DNA of 64,000 nt from contig CM069154.1 of NCBI GenBank assembly GCA_035221665.1, forward strand, positions 17,360,001 through 17,424,000. Direction: 5' to 3'. Below the pieces are notes generated by a model. That model was not told the DNA's origin. It saw only the letters and a program-made list of their open reading frames with translations, and ran no database searches. A program made the position numbers and the translations under genes. Below are positions 40,560-52,900 of this stretch, in pieces (the first letter of the stretch is position 1; each line of letters starts with the position of its first letter). Origin of the DNA: Okamejei kenojei (lineage: Eukaryota).

Positions 40560-42750
40560 TGCAATTGCAATTGAGAATAATGTGCATCCCTGAATTTGGG
40601 GTGAGGGAATATCAGGAATACATCTCGAACTATAGCACACTGTGAAATATAGTAAAATACTTAAATCCTCGAGGGATTTCCATGGAAAACCACATTTCTG
40701 GCTGCAGCATTGTATACCGATATGATGCTCAAAGCTCTTGTTTTCCCCAAGCACAAAATCGATTAATTAAGCTAACATTTCACGAAATTCCATTCAAATG
40801 ATAACCGCACTGCAGGAAATACATGTGAGCACTGTAGTGTGACAGCAAATGTATTTGCGAGGACATTGATAGGTCTTGAACATTACAATTACCATTAAAA
40901 ATTATAGTATTAAATATTGGTTTTATTAGTAATCAAAGAATTGGCAGGTCGGTTAAATTATCTGTGTAATTCGGAAAGCTACACGTTGAGCAAATTGCGC
41001 CCATTAGCAAAGAAGATAACACTGGCACACATTTTTATAGGTTAAACTAAATGCATCAGTTTGCCCTCTTTACATAAATGCGACATATTTGGTTTCTTCG
41101 AAAAGAAACACAAAGGTGGGAACAGTGACTGTTACCTGCACTGCTCGCGGAAAGCTAGAACCTACATACTGTTCACCCCGTTATGGAGTACGAGTTTATT
41201 GCTATGGCGGAGCTAACAGTTTGTTTTTTAGTATTTTATTTTTTTTCGCATTATTAGAATTGGCAAAATATTAACAATTCTGATTGGACTGCTTTCTGCA
41301 CCGTTGCACCTTTGCTGAAGATCGTGTAATGCTAAATTGCAAATGCATTTTACTATAGATATACAGACACGTGCGGCAGACACAGTCTAATAGATGGGAT
41401 GACATTCTCAAATAAAATGCAATGACAGTCTATTTTTTACACTGTTGAATGATTATACTCGAGAATGAACTTGCGGTGGTCTACATTTTATTGTTCCTCG
41501 TCGCAATTCTTACATCGGAAATCCAGCACTATATTTGTGATCCTTTTATGTTTTTTTTATTTCATTGAACAACCACACCTTATGGATTAAATTGTGATGA
41601 AACATTACAGAGTGAAGACTGGGCATTAAAGGTGTCCAAGAACATATTCCTGTGCTTCTTGACTTAGAGCACTTCATTCAATATATTATAAAGGAAATGA
41701 GCATCTAGAAATATACATGCGTCACAACGACTACCAAACACTTAATTGACTACCCTACGAACACATACCTTTCTTTTCCCCCAAAATTCTCAGCCTGAAG
41801 AGTTTATAAATGGAACGTTTTTCTTTTACCAATTGTGGCTTTCAAATAGAATTCTGTCTATTTTACTGGCGTTTGGACAGATATGATTCATCGCGACACG
41901 GGGAATTTAAGAATTCAGTTAACCGTGGATTGCAGCTGGTCGACCAATGTATGGATTTAAAGTTATTTTGTATGCTGAAGTCATTCATGACTGCAACGGG
42001 TCTTGTTCGATTCTACGGTATATTATGTGGCGACACCTGGATTTGAACACATTTTTGAGACGTCCTGGAAAAAAAAATCCATATGCTATTCTGTTTAGAA
42101 AGATAATCATATTAAGGAACACGCATTTATTGTGTCGGGAATGTGTGAACGTGATTTCGATAGCAGCCCCATGGCAAGTCCTAACAAATGGAAGTCGGAG
42201 ATATCACAACATCTTAACTTGCAACTCAAATGCATGATTGAAATAAGCACTCCAGTCGTGAAAAAATACGACCAACTTGAACCATCGGCACATGCATTAT
42301 GCCCATTTGCAACTCCGGATGGTGAAATTAAGTAACGGCAGGAAGCAGGTATTGTTGCTGAAATGTGCATCATTGGCGATCTTACCTTGTACTTTCTCAC
42401 TAAGTTCTTCCTCTGTGTTAAAAACAAATGATTGCTTGGGAGTGATGTAAATATATTTTACCCGGCTATCAAACAGCATTTTCCAACTGATAACCTTTGG
42501 AAATGTTTGGAATCTAGTGTGATGTGGATGTCCGCTGATCTAGTCAGGTTTATTAGCACCACAGCAGCATTGAGTATGCGTTGGCTTATAAACATTGATA
42601 GATGAGAGAAAAACATTGAACGGGAGAGGTTTACATTTGTCGCCCCAACGAAGCATTCGGAAACGAAATCCGATATCAATGTGATGAAATAATAACAGCC
42701 TTCATAATAGTCTTCCATTCACCGATCATGATTTCGTGGAGTGTGAACCA
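40560..42750 (-). pseudogene. Block of ~6-7 decayed CARD-like repeats
   Basis: MEDYY..AAVVLINL(fs)FQTFPKV..FDSRVKYI; HLLGLAMGLLSKSRSHIPDT; IYRRIEQ..SKIDRILFE; LNEVL*VKKHRNMFLDTF; SSHLLDCV; FPWKSLEDL. Confidence 0.55.
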
Positions 42751-43684
42751 CTGGGAACAATAACGCATTTGTATGCTGAGTTCAAAATGAACTAATGGGT
42801 AACAATATCTCTATTCAAAATTAGCAGGTTTACACTAGGCATCAGCACAATCATGATTCATAATGCCTAACACATTGGTAGACGATATGGTGCCCCAAAT
42901 GATGCCAAATTCAATTAAGCTCCTCGGCCTCAGCCGGGGGGACTGTCAGTAATATGGCCAAAACTCATAGCGATATATGGTAGCGTTTTTTTCTAAAAGC
43001 AATATACCGCGCAGACAGGAAGTAGTCAAGATTAGACTTTTAGTTATACAGAGAGGAGGGACATTCAACGAAAATTGGCTGTACTTCTGTGAATTATAAT
43101 TTTCACAAAGGCTTGGCAAGTGGGTAGGAAAGCAATGGCACGCCTTTCTTGAACTATTATGGATCCAATGCAGGAGTTGGTATGTCAGGGCAACTGTACA
43201 GAGATCTGACGAAATGATGCCTTATCCATTAGTTTTTTACGCTTTAGCTGATGAAGGACACAGGTACTGCGGCATTTTCTCATCTGTTCCTTAGAATGTC
43301 ACGAATGCTGTGTGTGAGGGACTGGGAAGGTTTGTTGTTGACATTGCTAGACCGAAGAAGAGAGTGGGAGCACCTTGTTACAAGATGAAAATTCCTGCCA
43401 GGCACTTGGATGTTAGAAAAAGGTACACCATTCCCGATGAAGCCATTGTCAATAACAAATGTTCAGAGTCAAATGTACATGACTAGCTGCAGAGGTCAGA
43501 GTTGAGACAGATCGTGGCTCATATCATGGAGAACTCGCGGGCATCTCCATTAAAATGTAGTTGAGGGCAGAGTGCTAGATTGAATCAAGAATAATTTTAA
43601 AGATGTAAGGGGTGAAGTCATACAGGAACAGTACATGAAACTGGCAACATTTTTTTTATTGGTTTACTATATTTGCATTAAAAG

Positions 43685-44345
43685 TGAATCGGCTGCAAAG
43701 GCCGACAGCTCTACTGCTTCATATTTTTGCGAGTTTAGAAGAGTCTGCTCTCGACTCAAACTCGCAGCATGTGGTCCCAGGAGGCCCTAGGCGGTCAGTG
43801 GAAGTCTCCTTCATGCTCGAGAGAAATTCCCGCACACTCGCGGCCTCAGTTTGGTCGAGGAAAAAATGTCGCCATGGTTATTTTGAACTCGTAGTGCAGA
43901 GGAGTGGGTTCGCTATTTAGTTATAGGCAGTCGAGGGTAGCCGTAGGCAATCCCCTTTGCTGACCGGGCATTTGAATTTGCTTATTGGAGTTTTCGGGTC
44001 CAAGGAAAACGGACCGGTATTATTAAATGCCTGCGAAACTTTATTAAAAGTTGTCTGGCTTCTTAAAAGTGTCTCAACTCGTTCTCCCCCACATCTCCCC
44101 CTTCTCTCCCCTCTCTCCCCTTACCTCCCCTCTCCGCGCCCTCTAAAGGACTTACCGTACACTGTGCAGCTGTATTTTACCTTCCTGTTCATCGCGGGTG
44201 TGAATTTCAGACAGCGCTCCCCCGCTTTCCCTGGCCACCGCTTTCTCTGTCATCCGGCTCGCGGTTTCATCGCTGACGGTCCATCCAGCTCGAGGTTTTT
44301 CAGACGCGTGCCCTCGAGCTTGAGGGTCGAGGACAATCGCTGGAA
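43685..44345. mobile_element. Probable non-autonomous DNA transposon/MITE fragment
   Basis: GC-richer non-coding block with a CT-rich tract; no clear TIRs resolved. Confidence 0.3.
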
Positions 44346-44956
44346 AGTCGCGTTATGCTTTGCCAAATTGTTTGAAGCTGATGTATCTTTTACAAATTTT
44401 ATTTTATTTTTCCGCGCATCTCGACCATATTCTCTTTCTGCTGTCCACGTAGTTTTCAATGATTAAACGTCTTATTTTAGTTCACTCACTAAAATATTTT
44501 TAACTGATTTAAAGCTCTCTAGATTCAACAGGTAATATTACCCTAAGTTGTTCGCCAGCACCCAAGGAGCAGTCTTTTGAGATTTGAAAGAATGGACGGC
44601 CGCACATTATGTTAAGGAATTTCAAATCTTACATTTTATTTCTGTATACAAGTCTGTGTGTATTCTACGATTCAATACTTACTGCATTTCTGCTGATGAT
44701 CCTTCAATTCTGAGCAATACATTACTGTTAGAAACAATGCTTACGAAACGAAAGCATCGCCACACAAAAGAAAACAAATAAATGGAGCAGGAAGAATATA
44801 GGTGAAATGGCAATTAGCAAACTTTAAACATTGCGTCCGTGCTTATATTTACCAATGTTCACATGACTCCACTCTCATTATGTTTTCGGTTCATTTGAGA
44901 CGGTTCAACATGCAAAGATATATCGGATTCTGGAAGACTGAATACAGCTAATGTAA

Positions 44957-46251
44957 TCTATATACTTTTAAAACGCTGTGTGTGTGTGTATGTACGGCGT
45001 TTGGCATTTGATTCCTTACTCCGCGCAGACTAGACGCAAACACGCCGACACGTTTACCATTTCGCTGGCGATTTTACTTCTACATTCGCTCATCCACTCC
45101 TTGGACAATTATTCCCTCAGATTTAAGTAAAATTCATCACAAACTCAAACACAACTCGATTTTTAAGATCTAAACAGCTCTTACCAGCTGCTGACGTCAA
45201 AATGCCAACATGCCCACCAATTCATGCCCACCTGCCTCCAGTATGCCTCCAACTACGCTCGCGCCACGACTCCCGCTGCTGGACTCCAGTATGCCTCTAA
45301 GTACGCTCGCGCCACACTCCCACTGCTGGACTCCAGTATGCCTCCAAGTACGCTTGCGCCACACCTCCCGCTGATGGACTACAGCCCGCCCGCCCATCCG
45401 CCCACTCCACCCCCACCCCCATCCCCGTAGTCAGGGTCTGAAGCGCCGAGGATGCGAGGCCTCACAGTCTCTGATGGGGCCGCTTTCACGTGAGCGGCCC
45501 CCGTGTTTAACCAGGGCTCTGGGATCTCGGCATCTGATGGGGACGACGAGGCTTCCAGAGGGAAGGCAGGGACAACAAGTAATCCAGCAACAGAGTGGCT
45601 CCGTTAATTGATTCATTCCACAGTGTGTTCAGTTCTGTAACAACCCCCCCCCCCTCTTCTCCCTCATCTCCCCCCCCCATTCTCCCCGCTTCTCCATCCC
45701 CTTCCCCCCCCTCGCCCCTTCGCTCCTCCAATCCATAACCCCTCTAATCCCTCCCCTCTCTCAAAGTTTTCAAAGCGTAAACTGCTGGCCACTGTTTTTG
45801 CATGAGCTTCGAGTTACGTTAACGCCCCCCCCCCTTCCAACTCCCAGTAGACTTGCACGCGGCCGGCTGTTACGTGGGTGGGTGGGCTTCCTCTCGCGGA
45901 GGACACGATTGGCCGGCCCTCTGCTGCTTTTGACTGTCCTCAGATCGCGCCGGCCCACGGACTCCTTCGAGTCTCCCCAGCCTGCTCGCCGTGGGCCCCG
46001 CAACCCGCTCGCCGTGGGCTGAGCAGTCCGCTCGCCGGGGGCCCAGCAGCCCGCTCGCCGTGGGCTACGCAGCCCATTCGCCGTGGGGCCCTCAGCCCGC
46101 TCGCCGTAGTCCCAGCAGCTCGCTCGCCTTGGCCCCGCAGCCCGCTCGTTCACAGCCCGCTCGCCCGCCTACCTCCCCTTTCCTTTACCACCATCTCCCC
46201 CTACGCTCCTTCTCTCCTCCACTCTCCTCTCACCGCCCCCTCTCCACCTGT

Positions 46252-46282
<31 letters not shown>

Positions 46283-46373
46283 GGGGGGTAGTCTGTGTGT
46301 GACGCCGCAGGCCGCCATTCCCGACGCAACCCCGCGTTCAGGGGACGGGACCCAACGGTCCCCCTTGATATAG
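44957..46373 (+). mobile_element. Non-autonomous Helitron-like element with GC-rich minisatellites
   Basis: A|TCTATATAC start, subterminal hairpin GGGACC-CAAC-GGTCCC (46347-46362), end ATAG|T; ~48-bp repeats at 45225-45385 and ~20-bp CAGCCCGCTCGCCGTGGG repeats at 45975-46170. Confidence 0.65.
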
Positions 46374-46534
46374 TATTCAATAAATGCTTGACAGTTCAGG
46401 ACGCACGGTTGGTGACAGATGCCCTGATTGCTCCATGCATCGACACTCTCATACGAAACGAGGCAAAATTAGAAAACACACGTTTATGTTATAGAAAAGG
46501 AAAGCGCTAAAGAAAATTTAAAATAAATGTCTAC

Positions 46535-46700
46535 CTCTGACGGAGTTAGGAACTGGTGCTTGCTGGCGATGCAAACTCGGATAACGGAGAGGATCAGTGC
46601 ACATTCTGCTGTGAAATTTCAGAACTATTTTTAGTACAACAAAATGCGTATACCATGGAATGAAGGGCGAAGCGGCTAACCATGTGCTATAATATCGTAT
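46535..46700 (-). pseudogene. CARD-like N-terminal half ending at a phase-0 donor
   Basis: FVVLKIVLKFHSRM(fs)LSVIRVCIASKHQFLTPSE|GTAGAC. Confidence 0.45.
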
Positions 46701-46749
46701 ATTGTACATGGAAATTGAAAGCAATGTGAAATTGTTGGAATAATGGCAA

Positions 46750-47005
46750 AAAAGTAACTTGAGCATAATGGGTATGCCATTGAGGGCAGACGAGGAAAAA
46801 CATTTTCACTCAAAGAGTCGTGCATCTGTGGAATTCTCTGATAAAACGCAGTGGATGCCAGTTCACTGCATATTTTCAAGACAGAGACAGGTAAAACTCT
46901 TAGTGCTAACTGAATCATGCGATATGGGGAGAAATAAGGAACGGGGTACTGATCAGTCACGAATCGCTTACTCTTGCAGCAATGTTCCATATTTTTATCT
47001 TTCTA
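46750..47005 (+). mobile_element. Old CR1 3' fragment
   Basis: FSLKESCICGIL region and GGAACGGGGTACTGA 3' UTR motif. Confidence 0.75.
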
Positions 47006-47338
47006 ACATAACATTCGCAGTGCGGACTAATGAAATGTTTGCCTCTTCAAATGGTAGTTAAGGACGCAGGGTTAAATACCAGTGAAATTCAGCACGAACG
47101 CACAACATGCAATACGAAAAAGGAAAGATTGTTGATTTTCAAATATTGCAACAGCATGTTTGCGGCAGTGTAAATGCATTGTCAGATTTGCGTGACAATA
47201 CGTGGAATATTCAGTACACATTTTGACTGCCTTAACAATAACGGACTAATATGTTATGGGAGCGTGCAGCGCCGCGTCATTAGAATGGGTGTGCCGGATA
47301 GCTTTATCTAATATGACTAGCGAGGCAAGCTGCATGTT

Positions 47339-47620
47339 TCACCATATGACGTTCAGATATATTTGCTGCTGATTCAACTGACCTATGCACATACCAGCAC
47401 GATGCATGCGGGAATTACGTTTTCCATGATTATAAACCACCTTTCCATTGCGAAGTAACGAGAAGACAATAAAACCTAGTAGCACCGACAGTGGTGATAT
47501 TTCTAAGTTGCTCTCCAAAGTTAGGCGGCGATCGAAGAATTTCTGAAATTGAGCGAACTTTAGTTTAGCAAGAAAGGGAATTGAGCTAAAACGGTCAAAC
47601 AGTAATCTGAACGAAAGCAT
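47339..47620 (-). pseudogene. Best-preserved CARD-like repeat (93-aa open frame)
   Basis: SSIPFLAKLKFAQFQKFFDRRLTLESNLEISPLSVLLGFIVFS...KVVYNHGKRNSRMHRAGMCIGQLNQQQIYLNVIW. Confidence 0.6.
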
Positions 47621-47812
47621 TCAATTCCGTTCAGATTAACTGCTTCCAACGTAATGGATGGTCGGCCGGAGCGTACGAATGCAAGTGAGGCAGTCAGAGG
47701 AAAAATGCAAAGGAGCCTCAGCCGATGAGCTTGGCTAGCAGGTCTCAGATTATTGCACCTAGTGCAGACGAGTTTTGGGCTGCAGAAAAGATAAGCAACT
47801 CAACCAGGTTAC

Positions 47813-47836
47813 CTGTTTCAATGGTGCAGTCAACAG
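47813..47836 (-). other. Candidate 24-nt phase-1 micro-exon (xVDCTIET)
   Basis: CTCTTCTTGTCTCTCAG acceptor; CAG|GTAACC donor. Confidence 0.4.
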
Positions 47837-47889
47837 CTGAGAGACAAGAAGAGCGTGGGAATGGAACATTAAGGGTATTATACGTCAGT

Positions 47890-48715
47890 GACTGCAAGCA
47901 GCCTCTGCCTGCAGCCTGCTCGTTTTTTCTATATTTCTTTTTATTTTAGTTTGTCTAGTTATTTTTTTTGGAGAATTATTCAGTTTTTTATGTGGGGGAT
48001 TGGGATAGGCGAAGATGTGAGTATTTCTCCGAGTCGCGTCCTCGCTCCCTCCTTGCGGCCTGCCAACTGGATCGGAACAGCATTTCCTACCAGAGACCGG
48101 ATACCCAACCAGATATTCGGCAGCGGCAGCGGCGGCGCGGCGCTGGATTCACCGCAGACCGGGTGATACCGACGTAGATCGCCGTTTGAAGCTCCGGAGC
48201 ATTAGGCCTGCAGGAGCCTAATGCAGGACATCGCGGAGCTGTGGTTCGCGGAGCTCCCTGCGCGGGCGGCACTGATCTCAACATCACGGAGTCGCTGGGG
48301 CCCTTTGCCGATGGCCGTCAGCGTGAACCTCTGCCCGCCGCGGACTGAGGAAGTTGGGAGCCGCGGACTCCAGGTGATAACGGCCGATTCGGAGGTCCAA
48401 GTCGCTGAGGTAGACCTCCCGTTCCGACGACGGAGGTCCTTCATCCCGGCGAGCGGGCCTGAGTGCCGGGCTCCCCGTAGCGGCGACTGCGGACGGATAC
48501 GGAGGCCCCGTCCACTGGTGAGCATTAGGAACATCAGTGGTAGATGACTGACTTTGGTGCCTTCCCTCACAGTGGGAAACTTTTTGATTCTGCCGCGTGG
48601 GGATGTTTTATATTGGACTCTGTTTTGTATTGTGTTCTTTATTTCACTCTATGGCTGTATGCAAATACAAATTTCAGACCTCGGTCTGACAATAAAGTGT
48701 CATCGTATCGTATTG
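47890..48715 (+). mobile_element. GC-rich SINE-like element with (ATCGT)n tail
   Basis: Shared motif GACTTTGGTGCCTTCCCTCACAGTGGGAA; ends CAATAAAGTGTCATCGTATCGTATTG. Confidence 0.6.
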
Positions 48716-49987
48716 ACTGTCAAGACCGATGGAGAGCATGGAGGCTATTTTGTCTGCCTGGTGCCCGGGTTTGGGATATCTCGTCTCACCTACAGAGGAA
48801 CTTGGAGTAGTAGGCGTAAGATCCAGTCGTAGTGGTTAATTTGGTTATCGATGACGTGGCAAGAACAAATAAAGTGGTTCAGCTGTGGGATTTTTTGGTC
48901 GCAACGGAATAAATTGAAAAGCAGAACCAAAAATAAATAAATCTCTGGATTGCTAACTGTGCCACGAGGAAATTCGCATCGGGTAGAAAATTGTACGCGC
49001 GGCTGAAAGACTAGTATGTACGAAGTGGATTTGAATTCGTGGACCATTGTCACAGCTAGTGGAGAAGGAGGGAACTGTTTCTATGGAATGGACTTCACTT
49101 GCACCCGGCTGCGACCACGGTCATGGGAAATCATATATCCAGGGCCGTAGATAAGGTGTCAGACTAAATACTGTGGTGGAGAGGGCGACGGGGTCAGACA
49201 TTGCAAATGTATGCATCACAATAAAGGAATGGAGCGTGCAGGGGAATCACTGACGTCTCCAGATGTAAAGGCACAGAAAGTGTAAGAAGGAATAACAGAC
49301 TAAGTTAAGGTAAAATCGGGACCAATGTGAGAAAAGGAGTGGTGAATAGCGAACTGACGCTGTCAAATTTGAATGCACGTGGAAATTTTAGCCCCGTTTG
49401 AAATCGGTAGGAACTATTTTTTGCGTGGGCACGGAGATGCACTTGATAGAGGATCGAGGCTGTCGAAATTACGGACAGGTAGACTGAGGGGATGGGGTAC
49501 CTCTACTGGTAAGTAATGTAATGCGGTCCTTTAGAATCCTTTTGAGAATAGGTTAGAAATTGCAAGAGTAAAAATAACCTGTTTCGAGTTATCTACAAAT
49601 CCCTAAATAGAAGCCATGATATAGGGCACAAATTGCATCAGAATATATAATGTTTCTAACATGCCGATTGCAATGGTCATGGGGGGGGATTTCAATATGC
49701 AGGTAGACTGGGAAGTTAAGTTGGCACTGGACCTCGATAAATGGAAGTTTTAAAGTGCCTCGATATGATTTGTTGGAGCTGCATGTGGTTGAGCCTACCA
49801 CAAAAAAGAGTAATTGTGGACTTAATACTGTGCAATCAACAGGGTGTGATTCGGGAGCTTATGGCAAAGACACCACGAGGAGGTAATGATCAGGATATGA
49901 CAAATCTCAACCTACAATTTGAGTTGGTGAAGATAAAATCGGACATGTCGGTATTAATTTTGAGCAATGATGTCTTCAGGGGAAAGA

Positions 49988-52900
49988 AGGCCCACAGGAG
50001 CCGTTGGAAGAGGAGGAGGAGGGGGAGGAGCAACACCCGACCTGTAAGCTTCAAAATCTAGGGCGGGGCTTGTTTTTTCGGAGGCCCACAGGAGCCGTTG
50101 GAAGAGGAGGAGGAGGGGGAGGAGCGACACCCGACCGGTAAGCTTCAAAATCTAGCGCGGGGCTTGTTTTTTCAGAGGCCCACAGGAGCCGTTGGAAGAG
50201 GAGGAGGGGGAGGAGCGACACGCGACCGGTAAGTTTCAAATACAAGCGCGGGGCTTGTTTTTTTCAGAGGCTTACCATAACATTCCATTTGGAGAAGTGG
50301 GTTTTTTTGAGGAAGTCGCTGATTGGTGGGAAGTGGACTAGGGAAAGCAGCTGATTGATGGGAAGTGGACTAGGGAAAGCAGCTGATTTACAGTCCGATC
50401 CCAGCAGTTTGTAGTGATTTTATATTGTGTTGCTATTGTATCCTGTGTAAGGGGGGCAGTATGAAGGCCAGGGCAGCGTACTGTTCTGGATGTCAGATGT
50501 GGGAGGTCAGGGAATCTGATAGCCCTCCAGACGTACACATCTGCGGCAGGTGTGTCGAGATGGGGCTCCTAAAGGATCGTGTTAGGAACCTGGAGCAGCA
50601 GCTCGACGACCTCCGTCTGGTCAGGGAGAGTGAGGAGGTCATAGAGAGGAGCTACAGGGAGGTAGTCACTCCCAGACCACAGGAGGCAGATAAGTGGGTC
50701 ACGGTTAGGAAGGGCAAGGGGCAGAGGCAGGGGCTAGAGAGTACCCCTGTGACCGTACAACTGGAAAATAGGTACTCGGGTTTGAGTACGATTGGAGGGG
50801 ACAGCTTAGCTGGGGGCAACAACAGCGGCCGGGCCTCCGGCACAGAGACCGGCCCTGATGCTCAGAAGGGTAGCAAAAAGAGGAGGGGCAATTGTAATAG
50901 GGGCTCTATAGTTAGGGGGTCGGATAGGCGATTCTGTGGACGCAGTCGGGAGACCGGAAATGGTAGTTTGCCTCCCTGGTGCCAGGGTCTCGCATGTGTC
51001 AGAACGTGTCCAAAAGATTCTGATAAGGGAGGGAGAGGAGCCTGATGTTGTGGTACACATAGGTACCAATGACATAGGCAGAAAAAGTGACGAGGTCCTG
51101 AAGGGAGAATTTAGGGAGTTGGGGGGAAAGTTAAAGAGAAGGACCAAAAGGGTAACGATTTCAGGATTGCTGCCTGTGCCGCGTGACAGTGAGAGTAGGA
51201 ATGAAATGAGGTGGAGGCTAAATGCGTGGCTGAGGGACTGGTGCAGTGGGCAGCGATTCAAGTTTCTTGATCACTGGAACCTCTTTTGGGGAAGGCATGA
51301 TCTGTACGCAGAGGACGGGTTGCACTTGAACCCGAAGGGGACCAATATCCTGTCAGGGAGATTTGCAAAGGCTACTGGGGAGACTTTAAACTAGAAAGGC
51401 TGGGGGGAGGGACTCGGGTAGAGGGGGCTAGGGGACAGGGCGTGGGGCAAGAGGCAGAGAAGGGAAGCACTGGTACCCAAAACGTAGGCGAGAAAGATGA
51501 AAAAGATAATAGACAGAGAATAAAGGATGGTGGGTTTATAAAATGTGCATATTTTAATGCTAGGAGCATTGTAAGTAAGGTGGATGAACTTAGAGCCTGG
51601 TTTGACACCTGGAAATATGATGTTGTGGCAATCAGTGAAACATGGTTGCAGGAGGGCTGTGATTGGAAACTAAATATTCCAGGATTTCGTTGCTTCCGGG
51701 GTGATAGAATTGGAGGGACCAGAGGTGGAGGTGTTGCATTGCTTGTCAGAGAGGATATTACAGCAGTGCTTTGGCAGGATATATTAGAGGGTTCGTCTAG
51801 GGAGGCTATTTGGGTGGAACTGAGAAGTGGGAACGGTGTAGCAACACTTTTAGGGGTGTACTATAGACCGCCAAATGGGGAGCGAGAATTGGAAGAGCAA
51901 ATATGCAAGGAGATAGCAGATATTAGTAGTAAGCACAAGGTAGTGATAGTGGGAGATTAGAATTTCCCAAAAATAGACTGGGAAACACATTCTGTAAATG
52001 GGCTGGATGGTTTGGAGTTTGTAAAATGTGTGCAGGATAGTTTTTTGCAGCAGTACATAGAGGTACCGACCAGAGAAGGGGCAGTGCTGGACCTCCTGTT
52101 AGGAAATGAGGCAGGACAGGTCACGGAGGTATGCGTTGGTGAGCACTTCGGGACCAGTGATCACAATACCATTAGTTTCAATATAATTATGGAGCGTGTC
52201 AGAACAGGACCTAGAGTGGAGATTTTTGATTGGAGAAAGGCTAACTTTGAGGGAATGCGTGAGGATTTTAAAGGAGTGAATTGGGACACTTTGTTTCATG
52301 GGAAGGATGTACAAGAGAAATGGAGGACATTTAAAGGGGAAATTGTAAGAGTACAGAATCTTTATGTCCCTGTTAGGTTGAAAGGAAATAGTAAAAATTG
52401 GAAAGAGCCATGGTTTTCAAGGGAAATTAGACACTTGTTTCGAAAAAAGAGAGATATCTACAATAATTATAGGAGGCATGGAGTAAATGTGCTAGAGGAG
52501 TATAAAGAATGTAAAAAGAATCTTAAGAAAGAAATTAGGAAGGCTAAAAGAAGATATGAGGTTGCTTTGGCATGAAAGGTGAAAGTAAATCCAAAGGGTT
52601 TCTACAGCTATATTAATAGCAAAAGGATAACGAGGGATAAAATTGGACCATTGGAGAACCAGAATGGACAGCTATCTGCAGAGCCAAAAGAGATGGGGGA
52701 GATATTGAACAATTTCTTTTCTTCGGTATTCACCAAGGAGAAGGATATTGAACTCTGTGAGTTAAGGGGAAAAAGTAGAGTAGCTATGGAAACTATGAGA
52801 TTCAAAGAGGAGGAAGTACTGACACTTTTGAAAAATATAAAAGTGGATAACTCTCCAGGTCCTGACAGGATATTCCCTAGGACATTGAGGGAAGTTAGTG

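Noticed and set aside
44683-44724. 42-nt micro-exon resembling a TRAF zinc-finger end (ELKDHQQKC)
   Set aside because: No partner zinc-finger exons; it may be chance or part of another decayed repeat.
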